This document shows positions 45,483 to 55,616 of a DNA stretch of 64,000 nucleotides, piece by piece. A program made the translations under genes and the position numbers. This DNA comes from Bryobacterales bacterium (lineage in GTDB: Bacteria; Acidobacteriota; Terriglobia; Bryobacterales; Bryobacteraceae): NCBI GenBank assembly GCA_963769205.1, contig CAVYKR010000004.1, positions 34,592-98,591 on the forward strand, given 5' to 3'. Below the pieces are notes generated by a model, which was not told the DNA's origin, did not search any database, and worked only from the letters and a program-made list of their open reading frames with translations. Every line of letters starts with the position of its first letter. Position 1 is the first letter of the stretch.

Positions 45483-46242
45483 TACTCTGAACCCTTTTTG
45501 CAGCAGATTTCGGACATCCCCGCCGAATGATTTCCACGACAGAGCGTTGACGTAGTTTTTTCGCGGCCGTTGTCGTGAAGGAGCCGGCTCGGGAATAGCC
45601 TAAAAATAGTCCAGAGACGGTCCGGCTACATCAATTAAACACAGGTTAGGAAGTCTACGATGAACCGTCTAACGAATTTTCTGTGGCTGGCAGTCCTACA
45701 ACCTGACTCAGGTTATTGAACAGGTCAAGAAAGCCCAAACGGCGAGTCACGCGGGCGCCTAGCTGAAAACGCGAATGTAAGAGACTCCATGCGGCTGAAC
45801 GTAGGAGGCGAGAAGGTGGAGGGAAGTCAGTCTCCCATTGCGTTTATCTCTGCTTTGGTGGCATTTGGCAACTGCACCGGTCACGCAGCGGGCGTCTTTC
45901 AAAGTCGGTTCAACCGCCCGGAGACTGAATTAGAAGTCTCGGAATGCTGTTGTTCTTGTGTGTTTTTCATTCATCGGAACCTTGCGAAAATTGTACTCAA
46001 TGCTGAACGCTGGTCCATAGAATAAAGTTAAGGTAGATCCGCTGCCCGAGTTCCGAAAGAAAGAGATGAGAGGACGGCCGTTGATCCGGCATTCTCTTTG
46101 CCATCTGTGCGGTCGGATGTACCGGTCGGCATCCGAAAAGTCCACGTACTTATAGATTCCTCGGCCGAGGCAAATAGTGAGGTCCTGCATTTAAAGAAGA
46201 GCCCAGAACCAGCCTTCCGGCATCGGGCCTTATAGGAAAGAC

Positions 46243-46355
46243 AAAGAGGTATGGACATGAGAGTATGGCCCTTTCTCGCGTTTTTAGTAGCGGTGTTGCT
46301 CGGCTCGAGCGGCATCGCCAGCGCGCAGGACAAGCCTTTGCTTTGCAACCAGCAA
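46243..46355. repeat. copy 1 of duplicated RBS + signal-peptide leader
   Basis: The sequence runs aagaggtatggacatgagagtatgg...ggctcgagcggcatcgccagcgcgcaggacaagcctttgctttgcaaccagcaa. Confidence 0.7.
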
Positions 46356-46838
46356 TTTGCACTCTGCACGAGCGCCCGGTGCATCCCGGAGCCCGGCAAT
46401 CCGAAGGTGGCGCTCTGTACCTGCGATGTGTGGAACGGCAAGGGTATGACGGGGTTTGTTGCGTCGTGCGATGCCGTCAAGCCGAGCACCGACGCCAATG
46501 GCTGGCGCACCGTTTATTCCTATTTCGCGCTCACGCAATCCTATCAGGGCAAACGCTTGATGAAATGCTCGGCTAATACGCCGTGGGCGGAGTGCCTCAA
46601 CGCGAAGTGCACTGTCGACCCTGCCGATCCGTCAAAAGCAATCTGTGCCTGCGAAACTAAGTTCCAAACCGGCGAATGGGTCACGTGGGCGGGCAATTGC
46701 AACACGCAGAGTTGCAGTAAGGGCTTTTTGAACGGCACTACTGTCGTTGAAGTGACTCCGGGGATCGATTTCTTGGTGAAGGAGCTCGACCTGAAGAAGT
46801 CCCCGGTCAAATCGTGCAGTCCGGCCGACGCTCGGTAA
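46251..46838 (+). CDS. secreted Cys-rich protein (16 Cys) of unknown function
   Basis: It has a signal peptide (MDMRVWPFLAFLVAVLLGSSGIASA) and repeated C..C spacing (CNQQFALCTSARC...CTC...C). There is an RBS-like GGAAAGACAAAGAGG upstream. Confidence 0.6.
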   Translation: MDMRVWPFLAFLVAVLLGSSGIASAQDKPLLCNQQFALCTSARCIPEPGNPKVALCTCDVWNGKGMTGFVASCDAVKPSTDANGWRTVYSYFALTQSYQGKRLMKCSANTPWAECLNAKCTVDPADPSKAICACETKFQTGEWVTWAGNCNTQSCSKGFLNGTTVVEVTPGIDFLVKELDLKKSPVKSCSPADAR

Positions 46839-47186
46839 AACGTCGTAGCGTCGTAGTATTTACTCGCACCATTGCAGTCAGCAGTCCGCGAGCTTCTCTT
46901 CGGAGCCGAAGAGAACCCTCCGGGATCGGGTCGGAAGATCGAGCGTGAGAGGGAGGGGCGCAATCCGCCTTTGCGCTTACGGCTCCCGTCATGGGAGGTG
47001 TCAATCTTGCCAGTTTCGGAAGCTAAGCGGTGTTCTTAAGATTAGCCAGGACCATCCCAAATTTCTGGTAACGAGAAAAGGAACTTTCACATGAGTGACC
47101 GAGACAAGATGCGGGATCAAAGGTCCGGAAATGTAGGTCTCTTGACCCCGCTCTTTTGCTTCTGATAATTCACTTATCGGGACGAC

Positions 47187-47324
47187 AAGGAGGATGGACA
47201 TGAGATTATGGCTTTTTTCGCGTCCCTAATAGCAGTACTGCTTGGCGGCCTGTTTTTTGAGATATCGTATCTCGGCTCGAGCCGCATCGTCAGCGCGCAG
47301 GACAAGCTGCTTTGCGACCAGCAA
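47187..47324. repeat. copy 2 of duplicated leader, fused to arylsulfatase gene (about 24-nt insertion, original ATG frame now hits TAA)
   Basis: The sequence runs aaggaggatggacatgagattatgg...ggctcgagccgcatcgtcagcgcgcaggacaagctgctttgcgaccagcaa. It is ~80% identical to copy 1. Confidence 0.7.
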
Positions 47325-49655
47325 TCGGATCGAACTGTTCTGCCGCCGCCCGAGTGCCCGTTCAAGGGCAACATTGAGACCGCCATGAAGAACTCAACGC
47401 AGGACTGGCCGCAGCCGCTCAAGGCCCCGGAAGGTGCTCCCAACGTCCTCATGATCATTGGCGACGACATCGGCTTCGGCACTCCGAGCGCATTCGGCGG
47501 CCCGGTGAATACGCCGGTTTTCGATCGGATCGCGAAGGAAGGATTGCGCTACACCGATTTTCATACGACCGCCGTTTGCGCCGCGTCGCGGGCTGCTTTC
47601 CTCACGGGGCGCAACGCCCACTCCGTGGGCTTTGGCTTCATCCCGGATGGCGCTGTCGGATTCCCGGGTTATAACTGCATGCTCCCGCCCAGCGCAGCAA
47701 GCGTGCTCGAAATCCTGCGCATGAACGGTTACGGCACCGCCTGGATCGGCAAGGCCGACAACACCCCCGTCTGCGAAGCCACCCCGGCTGGCCCGTTTGA
47801 TCGGTGGCCGACCAGAGGAGCAGAGTATTTTTATGGCTTCTTCGGAGCGGGAGTTACCCAATACTACACTCCGCTTTGGCGCAACCACACGCCGGTAAGG
47901 CCGCCTAGAACGCCGGAAGAAGGCTATATCTTCGACGACGACATGGCCAACGAGGCGATCGGCTGGATTCAGCGGCAAAAATCAACCCATCCCGACAAGC
48001 CGTGGATCATGTATTACGCCCCGTCTTCGGCCAAGCCGCCGGTCGCCTCGCCAAAGGAGTTCAGCGACAGATACCGCGGCAAATTCGATGACGGGTATGA
48101 CAAGCTACGCGAGCGCATCGTGGCGCGGCAGCTGAAAATGGGGATTGTGCCCCCCGGCACGAAACCTGCGCCGGGACCCGACACCATACCAGCTTGGGAC
48201 AAGCTCAGCGACATCGACAAGAAGGTTGGCACCCGCATGATGGAAGTCTTCAGCGGCGCGGTCGAGCACATTGATTTCCAGATCGGGCGCGTCATCAAAG
48301 CGATTGATCAATTGGGTGACTTGGACAACACGCTAATCATCTACGTCATTGGCGACAACGGCCCGACTCCCGAAGGCGGTATGCACGGCGTGATGAACAA
48401 GCTGACCTACGCCAACGGCGTCCCGGAGTCGCTTGACGAGGTCGCGAAACATCTGGACGAATTCGGCGGCCCGAACTCCATGGGCGGCATTCCTGCTGCC
48501 TGGGCCTTCGCCACAAGCGGTCCATACAACTATGGCAAAATGGTGACCTCGGGGGGCGGTTGCAGCACCGCAATTGCGGTTTCCTGGCCGGCGCGCATCA
48601 AGGACAAGGGCGCTATGCGCCGGCAGTTCACCCATCTCATTGACATCGTCCCGACCATCCTGGAAGCCGCCGGTGTGCCCGCGCCGAAGGTTGTCAATGG
48701 TGTCGTCCAGAAACCGATGGAAGGCGTAAGCATGACCTACACGTTCGACGATGCACAGGCGATGGACCGTCACACGACTCAGTACTTCGAGCTTACCGGC
48801 TCGCGTGCCATCTACCGCGACCGCTGGTGGGCTGGCACACGGCATGGCCTGGACGGCACAACCGTGATACAAGCCAAGCCGATCGTACCTTTCGACGAGG
48901 ACATCTGGGAGCTCTCCGATCGGAGGAGCGATTTCAGCCTCGCCACCAACCTCGCGGCCAAGTATCCGGAAAAGCTCAAGGAACTGCAGGCGCTCTTCAA
49001 GGAAGAGGCACGCAAATACAACGTCTATCCGATGGCTAACAACGGTATTGAAATGTATGAGACCGGCACGCGGCCGAGGCTTGTCGCCGGCAATAAGGCA
49101 ACCTATGGCCCGGGCACTATCCGGCTCCCGGAGGAAGGAGTCATCGACATCAAGAACCGGTCGTTCTCCATTATTGCCGAGGTCGAAAACCCGGACGGCA
49201 AAGCCGAAGGCATGATCGTGACCGAGGGCGGGATGACCGGCGGCTACGCGCTCTTGGTTCAGAATGGCAAGCCAACCTTCATCTACAACTGGCTCGCGTA
49301 TGAGCGTTACACGATCGCCTCTCCCGATCCACTGCCGAAAGGCAAGAGCACGATTCGGCTGGACTTCGCTTACGACGGCGGCGGCTTGGGCAAGGGCGGC
49401 GTGGCCACGCTCTCCGTCAACGACAGGAAGGTGGCCGAAGGGCGCGTCGCTCACACAGTGCCAATTCTCTTCTCGTTTGGCGACACATTTGATGTGGGCG
49501 AGGACTGGTGCACACCGGTGTCGCCAACCTACAAGGTGCCGTTCAAGTTCACGGGAAACATCAAGTCGGTGACGATCGAAGCCAAGCAGGGAAATCTGAG
49601 TGTAGAGGATGTGAACAACCTCCATGAAATGCGCCTCGCTGGCGCACACGACTAG
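47208..49655 (+). CDS. arylsulfatase (formylglycine-dependent sulfatase) with long C-terminal extension
   Basis: It has a sulfatase signature with CxAxR (TAVCAASRAAFLTGRNAHSVGFG) and metal-binding DD residues (MIIGDDIGFG). It is 815 aa, versus ~500 for a typical arylsulfatase. Confidence 0.8.
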   Translation: MAFFASLIAVLLGGLFFEISYLGSSRIVSAQDKLLCDQQSDRTVLPPPECPFKGNIETAMKNSTQDWPQPLKAPEGAPNVLMIIGDDIGFGTPSAFGGPVNTPVFDRIAKEGLRYTDFHTTAVCAASRAAFLTGRNAHSVGFGFIPDGAVGFPGYNCMLPPSAASVLEILRMNGYGTAWIGKADNTPVCEATPAGPFDRWPTRGAEYFYGFFGAGVTQYYTPLWRNHTPVRPPRTPEEGYIFDDDMANEAIGWIQRQKSTHPDKPWIMYYAPSSAKPPVASPKEFSDRYRGKFDDGYDKLRERIVARQLKMGIVPPGTKPAPGPDTIPAWDKLSDIDKKVGTRMMEVFSGAVEHIDFQIGRVIKAIDQLGDLDNTLIIYVIGDNGPTPEGGMHGVMNKLTYANGVPESLDEVAKHLDEFGGPNSMGGIPAAWAFATSGPYNYGKMVTSGGGCSTAIAVSWPARIKDKGAMRRQFTHLIDIVPTILEAAGVPAPKVVNGVVQKPMEGVSMTYTFDDAQAMDRHTTQYFELTGSRAIYRDRWWAGTRHGLDGTTVIQAKPIVPFDEDIWELSDRRSDFSLATNLAAKYPEKLKELQALFKEEARKYNVYPMANNGIEMYETGTRPRLVAGNKATYGPGTIRLPEEGVIDIKNRSFSIIAEVENPDGKAEGMIVTEGGMTGGYALLVQNGKPTFIYNWLAYERYTIASPDPLPKGKSTIRLDFAYDGGGLGKGGVATLSVNDRKVAEGRVAHTVPILFSFGDTFDVGEDWCTPVSPTYKVPFKFTGNIKSVTIEAKQGNLSVEDVNNLHEMRLAGAHD

Positions 49656-49724
49656 CCAACGAGGATGTCATTGCGCTTATTGCGATTGCGATCAAAGCAA
49701 ACTAGCTCGGAAGCTTTTCACGAG

Positions 49725-49752
49725 GTGCAGGTCATTTGCGAGCGACCTGCAC
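49725..49752 (+). terminator. perfect 9-bp stem hairpin downstream of arylsulfatase (possible terminator or regulatory hairpin)
   Basis: The hairpin is gtgcaggtc-(10 nt)-gacctgcac. It lies 70 nt after the stop. No U-tract follows, so it is weak as an intrinsic terminator. Confidence 0.3.
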
Positions 49753-50422
49753 TTCACATCCCAAAGTTTCGCGTGACGATAACCCGCAGTCCGAACGCGT
49801 GCAAGGAGGCGCCCCCGGTATGTATCCGCTGCGCACGGGCATGATCCTGCCGCAGCTCCCTGGCAGCCCGTCGTACTTGAGACCCGGCACCCGAGCCGCC
49901 GAGCCCTTCATAATGACATTGTCCCGAGGTGAACTGACCGTGGAAGGCCAAATTCGGACGCAAAAAGGCGATCCGCGGCTGGAACCGCGCATTCCAGTCG
50001 TTCTCGCTGAGAGGCTTGGTCGCGAAAGATCCGGGGTTGCTCGGCTGGATAGGTACCGGCATGTCGGCTTGCGTCATCTAATCGCGACACCGGTCACTGG
50101 GCTGAGTAAAGGCCAAGCAGTGGAAGTGGTGCCATAAGTAGGGGATTAGCCGATCAAATGCCGCTCTCTTCAGACGAGAAACTCGCCCGCTGCGAACGAT
50201 CCGACGCAAGTGTTGGTGTTGGCGGATATCAGCTGGCTCGGCCAGAACGGCCAAATCTTAAGGTTTTGGTTTACGTCGGTTTCGAGGCTCAGCTTTGCTT
50301 TTCTTGGCGGCCACAACCGGTACGGAGGGGCGCGCGGTGGTCTTCTTCGCCGCCGTGGCCCTCTTTTGCTTCTTGTCAAACGTCAGTTTCCCGGGCTTCA
50401 CACCGGCCCCGCCCGCTAGCCT

Positions 50423-50668
50423 CTAGTTGATATCGTCCGCGCCCATCTGGGCAACGCGGTCGGCGGTCCATTCAGCGTCCTGAAGCGTTGATTGCCGCTT
50501 AAGATCTTCTTGAGTAACCGGTTTCGCCCATCTGGCGGCGGCGGCGGTCTTGGCGACTGCCACGCGTTGCTCTGGCGTGAGCTTTTCCATCCGGGCCTTG
50601 CCGCTGGCTTTCCCTCCCTTGCGGCCGATCCCAGCCAAGTATTTCGATACCGTCGTCTTACGAGCCAT
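50423..50668 (-). CDS. small basic protein (KGG-like motif); same frame continues past a TAG into a Lys/Ala-rich tail to 50258
   Basis: It starts MARKTTVSKYLAGIGRKGGKASGKARMEKLTPEQR... After the TAG at 50423-50425 the same frame reads RLAGGAGVKPGKLTFDKKQKRATAAKKTTARPSVPVVAAKKSKAEPRNRRKPKP*. Confidence 0.4.
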   Translation of the reverse strand: MARKTTVSKYLAGIGRKGGKASGKARMEKLTPEQRVAVAKTAAAARWAKPVTQEDLKRQSTLQDAEWTADRVAQMGADDIN

Positions 50669-51289
50669 TGGTATCAATGCTAGCTGTTTCAATTGCCGAT
50701 TGACATTGCTGAAGCGGAGTCAGCATAATCGTCTGTGTGATGCTGAAGCGGCATCAGGATAGGCAAAGGAGAGGATAGAGTAGAGAGGGTCTTCCAGTCT
50801 TTTTCTCGAGTTCAGCCTGTTCAGTGTCTGCCTGTGAGTGGCCCATGCTACATAATTGCTGTCTGCCTCGATCCTCCTTTAGCTGCGCGCACGCTCACTT
50901 CGCGTTCGGCAGACTTGGTGGCCCTGTTCGAAGCCGAGGAACGGGGTTAGAAAGGGCAGTGGGAGCGGCGATAGGTTTTTTTTAGATGCTATGTGCAGAG
51001 CGCGACTCGTTGCGACACGAGCATCAGGCAGCCGCTCGAGAACTTTCGTGCGTCCATCCGCGACTTAGTCATACTTGTCGAGAATTCAGTCGCAGACTCG
51101 GACTTCAATCTGGCTCATCGGCGAATGAGAATCGCTCGCCGCGCTTACGAAGTGGCACGTGACGCTTTGGAACATCACCAAGCGGAACATGGGTGCTGAA
51201 ATTGAAACGAAGCCGAGACTGCCATTGGGTCACGACTCCATCGCATTGCCGTATGGCGCAGGGACGGCAAAGAGATCCTATACTTTAGC

Positions 51290-51411
51290 CGAGATCCAAA
51301 CAAATGGAGGGCATTGCCCCGGGCTTCGTTTTTCATGTAGCGGCGGGCCATGAGCCGCAGTTCCGGATAGACGCGCTCCGAGAGACGGGCGAAGGCGGCT
51401 TCGTCACACCG
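51290..51411 (-). pseudogene. remnant of an ECF sigma factor (TIGR02999-like N-terminal region only)
   Basis: The minus strand reads DEAAFARLSERVYPELRLMARRYMKNEARGNALH, which matches the ...VYDELRRLARRYLRRERPGHTLQ region. There is no start, and the downstream sequence diverges into non-sigma sequence. Confidence 0.35.
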
Positions 51412-51574
51412 CTACGGGATGTTCGTCGATTTCGCCCGCTTCGGGATGGAAAGTCCCTCCGCGATACCTCCTGGCGCAACATCGCGAATGGCCGGTAACT
51501 TGGCGTATCACGTCCACCCCGTGGTCGATTCCTGAACGAGTTGAATCTCGATGGCGCCCGTGGGCCGCATTTGC

Positions 51575-54389
51575 CTACGAGGACAGGGTCTTCCGAAGAC
51601 TCTGCACGAGATCACTTAACTGAAATGGCTTGCGAACAAAACCGCAGACTTGCGGAGCGCTCAATGTTGCTCTTACCATCTCTTCGCTGTACGCGCTGGT
51701 CAAGATTACCTTCACGTCCGGCCGGAGTCGCGCGGCCTCGGCGATTACCTCCCCGCTGGAGCGCCCAGGGAGGGTCATGTCCAGCAGAATCGCGTCAATT
51801 CTGTCACTATTTGCACAAAACAGATCGATTGCGGTAGTCCCATTCGCAGCTTCGAGTACCTCAAATCCCTTCATGCGCAGCATCTTCGCGACAGCTTGCC
51901 GAAGTGGATCTTCATCTTCCACAACCAGGATGGTGGCCTCCTGCGAGGGGCGAGCCGCCTGCTCGGCGCTGCGGATGTTGCCGGCGGCTGCTCCAACCCC
52001 GGCTTCGGAAGGCAGCAATATCTGAAATGTAGTGCCCTGACCTGGCTCGCTGACAAGATGGATCGCGCCACGGAGCTTCCGAACGTTCCCTTGGACCACG
52101 GCGAGTCCGAGGCCGCGGCCGGCAGCCTTGGTGGTGAAGAATGGGTCGAACATCCTGGTCTGGGTTTCCACCGGCATGCCGTCCCCAGTGTCGGAGACCG
52201 CCAGTTGCACATAATCACCCTCAGTCACACCTTTCGAGCACGCCGCATCCCGGCCCATGGTGACGCGCGCCGTGGTCAGCCGGATTACTCCATCTCGATC
52301 GCCGATCGCTTCAGACGCGTTCGTGACGAGGTTCATAACGATTTGACGAATTTGCGCGCCATTGGCCCGGACGGCCGGAAGATCCTCCAGATCGGTTTCT
52401 ATTACAGCGCGCTTAGACACTGAAACCTTGAGCAATTCAAGCATGTCCTGGACGGTCCACGAGACGTCAACCAGTTCGACACCTGCATCCTCTTTTCCCG
52501 CATAGATCATCAACTGACGAACGATTTCCGAGCCGCGGAGGGACGCGTTTCGGATCCTCTCCAGTTCTTCTTCGGGAGATGATCCAGCGGCACACTCCGC
52601 CAGCGCCACATCTGCTTGAGCAAGCACGGCACCCAAAAGGTTGTTGAAATCGTGAGCAATTCCGTTCGCTAGTGTTCCCAGAGTCTCCAGCTTCTGCCTG
52701 GCAAAGGACTCTTCCTGCGCTCGTCTAAGATCTGTGATGTCCTGAGCGGCGCCAAACATCCGTACGGTCCCGCCCTCCTCATCCAGCACTACCTCGGATA
52801 CGGACTTCACGATCCGGACATCACCGTCAGGCCGGCCAATCCGATATTCGATCGAGGTTCCATTCTTCCCGGCAAGACGTTCTCTTTGCGCTCGCTCGAC
52901 CAACTCTCTGTCTGGTGGAAGGACCGCGTTGAGAAACTCTTCGTAACTGGGTTGGAAATCCAGCGGGCGCCCGAAGATTCGAAAACATTCTTCGGACCAG
53001 ATTACTTGCTTGCTCTTCGCGTCCCAGCTCCAATGACCCAAATGCGCGAGGCGTTCCGCACTCTTTAGCCGCCCTTCGCTTTCGCGCAAAAGCTCCCCGG
53101 CCGTCACCTGCTCGGTAATGTCCTGGCTTGCTCCCACGACTCGAACCGCCAGGCCTTGACCATTTCTTAGCGCTTCGAACACGGAGTGAACAAACCGAAC
53201 TTCGCCATCGGGTCGGAGGATGCGGTAATGCACATCTCCAGGTCCACCGGTCGTACGGACTTGGCGATCGACTTCCAAGACCTTTTCCCGATCTTTCGGA
53301 TGGACACGGTCGATGAAGGTAGAGAAGTTTGCCGGTGCATCATTCGAGCACACCCAAAATCCGGCGGTTCTCATCCGACCATTGACTGATAGCAGTGTCA
53401 ATGCGTCGCTCCCAACTTCCGACTTTGGCGAGCCGCTGCGCGTCTTGGAGCTGGATCTGGCTAGTCCGCAGCCTCTCTTCTCTATCCTTCAGCGCGGCTT
53501 CGGCTCGTTTGCGCTCGGTGATATCGTGAACCGATCCAACCAGATGCGTACAATTCCCTTTGTTGTCAAATAAGGGTACAACGCTGACTTCGCCAGTCAA
53601 CCGCCCGGCTGGGTAATCCGACGTTTCTTCCCAAACCACGGTAGTGTTTTCTTCGATCGCCTGCCGGTACTTTCCGAGGGCCATGGTAAGGGACGGCTCC
53701 GGGATGACCTCGTTCACCGTTTTGCCGATCACCGCTTCCCGGCTCAGTCCGGTGACTCTCAGAAAAGCCGCGTTGACAGAAACGAAGCGGAATCGACCTT
53801 CGGGTTCGACAGCCAGGTGGAAAATGACATCCCGGACGGTGTCGTAAATCGAGACCAGTTGCTGTTCGCTTTCGCGCAAGGCTTCGGCGGTCTCTTCCAA
53901 TGTGAGGTTCGCCTTCGATACCCGGTCGATGGTGGCACGGAGGTCGAAAACGTTTCTTTGGGCATCGCTGGCGATCCGGCTGCCGATCATGGCAAAGACC
54001 AGCAGGTTCAGGTCTACGAAGAATATCGAATCGTATGTTGTGGAACTGCGCACGTGCGGTATGGCTCGGGTGAGGCCTTGCTTTTCGGCGATCCCCAGCG
54101 CCGCCACCGCCACCAGGACCATGCCTGCAGTGATCATATAAGAGGCCCGATCCAGCAACATCACAGAAAGCAACAGCATGCCTGGGAACACGAGCATCGC
54201 GAGACTGCGGAATCCATCACGCGCTTCAAAAACCAGCAGCATTGCGGTCAACAGCACGGCCAAGAAGGCGGTCCGCGCCGCCCATTCCCAGTTCCCTGCG
54301 CGATTCATTACCATGGCCGCGACCAAGCCCGCCGCGGCGAAAACCAGTATCGGTGTTTCTGCCGACGGCTCCCCGCTAATGACATTCAA
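51575..54389 (-). CDS. hybrid sensor histidine kinase (membrane N-terminus, PAS domains, HisKA, HATPase_c, C-terminal receiver) with one frameshift
   Basis: ORF 53340-54389 covers TM + PAS. ORF 51575-53401 covers PAS, the H-box HDFNNLLGAV, HATPase, and REC (ILVVEDEDPLR...LLDMTLPG). The junction is inside a PAS WSDE..RIFG motif near 53390. Confidence 0.75.
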
Positions 54390-54816
54390 AATCGCGACCG
54401 CGCTGAGCGGCGAAAGCTAACAGGAAGCAAGCGAATTGGACAGTGCGGGCGTTGCGGTCACGGCCCGGATCGCCGGTTGGCTTGGGATAAAACCAGGACC
54501 TCGATTTCCAACCCAACATGGGCTTAACCTCCATTTGCGCTTCATCGAAGCGGTGTATTCGCCACTTGACTGAGGCTTCGGACATTTTACTCCGATTCGT
54601 CAGTTGGGTATCGTGACTTCCAACCACGCCAACTTCCGTGTTGGTCCCATCAAGCGGGCTTGGAAACTGGCACTCGCAACCAACTTGACGCCTCCAACCG
54701 GAATTCAGGGTCACCACGAATCGACTACGGGGGGACGCGATACGCCAAGTTGCCGAACGTTTGCGATGGCACTACGGCGTTCGGAAGGATGCATCCCGTG
54801 CACGCCGAACGATCCG

Positions 54817-55566
54817 TTAATTCTCCGAGGGCCTCTCAACGCTATCGATTACGAGAGTCTCCATTTGACCTTTTTGAGCCTGCAGTCTGAGTCCCAGCTG
54901 TCCCTGCAACGCGGTAAAAAGTGATGGACGACTTGAGTCCACCATCAGGTCGGGATTCCACTCCAGCATCCAATCATAGACGCCGTGTAAGCCAGTCTTA
55001 TCCAGCACGATTCGGCCGAGTTGGTTCCCCAGGTTGCCGGCGAGAATCGAAATAGGCTCCCGGGTACCCTTCATCTGGGCGCTGCCCGGTCCTTTCTTCG
55101 TGTTGATGCCTGGTTCCCGCACCTCCGCGCTCTCTCTGAATTTTGGCCCGTTCTTGTCTAACACCAGCGCGTAAACCGACGTTTTCCGCGTCTCCCAGTG
55201 AACCTTCAGCCGGAACCTGTCGGCCAACAGATTCTGCAACAACACCTTCAACTGTTCTGGTGAGATTTTCTGGCTGCCGCCGGTCGTCGCCACAACATCG
55301 TACATCTCCGTATCGAGCCAGCGTGGCTCACCGGCTAATTGAAAGCTCAGGATACCGTAGGCGTTCCGGATCATAGTCTTCGCCGAGGCATTGGTCATAG
55401 TGAGCCTTCCCCCGGAAACGTCTATACCGGTGTTCGGCCCGGCGCTAAGATTGCGTCGAATCGAAGCGGCCTCGAATGCCGGCGGCAATTGCGCCCGCGC
55501 CTCCTGTGAAAGAGCAAGGCCTGCCATCGCGCTAATCAGCGCCAACCGTTCTAAGTTTGAAGCCAC
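54817..55566 (-). CDS. TIGR03435-like soil-associated family protein (intact)
   Basis: It has a signal peptide and reads FEAASIRRN...SLFTALQGQLGLRLQAQKGQMETLVIDSVERPSEN. It lies directly downstream of the sigma/anti-sigma pair. Confidence 0.7.
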   Translation of the reverse strand: MASNLERLALISAMAGLALSQEARAQLPPAFEAASIRRNLSAGPNTGIDVSGGRLTMTNASAKTMIRNAYGILSFQLAGEPRWLDTEMYDVVATTGGSQKISPEQLKVLLQNLLADRFRLKVHWETRKTSVYALVLDKNGPKFRESAEVREPGINTKKGPGSAQMKGTREPISILAGNLGNQLGRIVLDKTGLHGVYDWMLEWNPDLMVDSSRPSLFTALQGQLGLRLQAQKGQMETLVIDSVERPSEN

Positions 55567-55616
55567 AGATCGCCTCGAAAGAGTTTACCGCCGCTCCGCA
55601 ATTTGGTTACGGGAAG

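Noticed and set aside
48333-49649. 438-aa ORF on minus strand
   Set aside because: It is entirely antisense to the well-supported arylsulfatase. The translation is Arg/Gly/Ala-rich with no recognisable motifs, which is the typical high-GC shadow-ORF signature.
51641-51654. Hairpin ccgca-N4-tgcgg followed by T-run on minus strand, first thought to terminate the hybrid kinase
   Set aside because: Exact coordinates place it inside the kinase coding sequence (it encodes PQVCGFVRKPFQ), not downstream of the stop.
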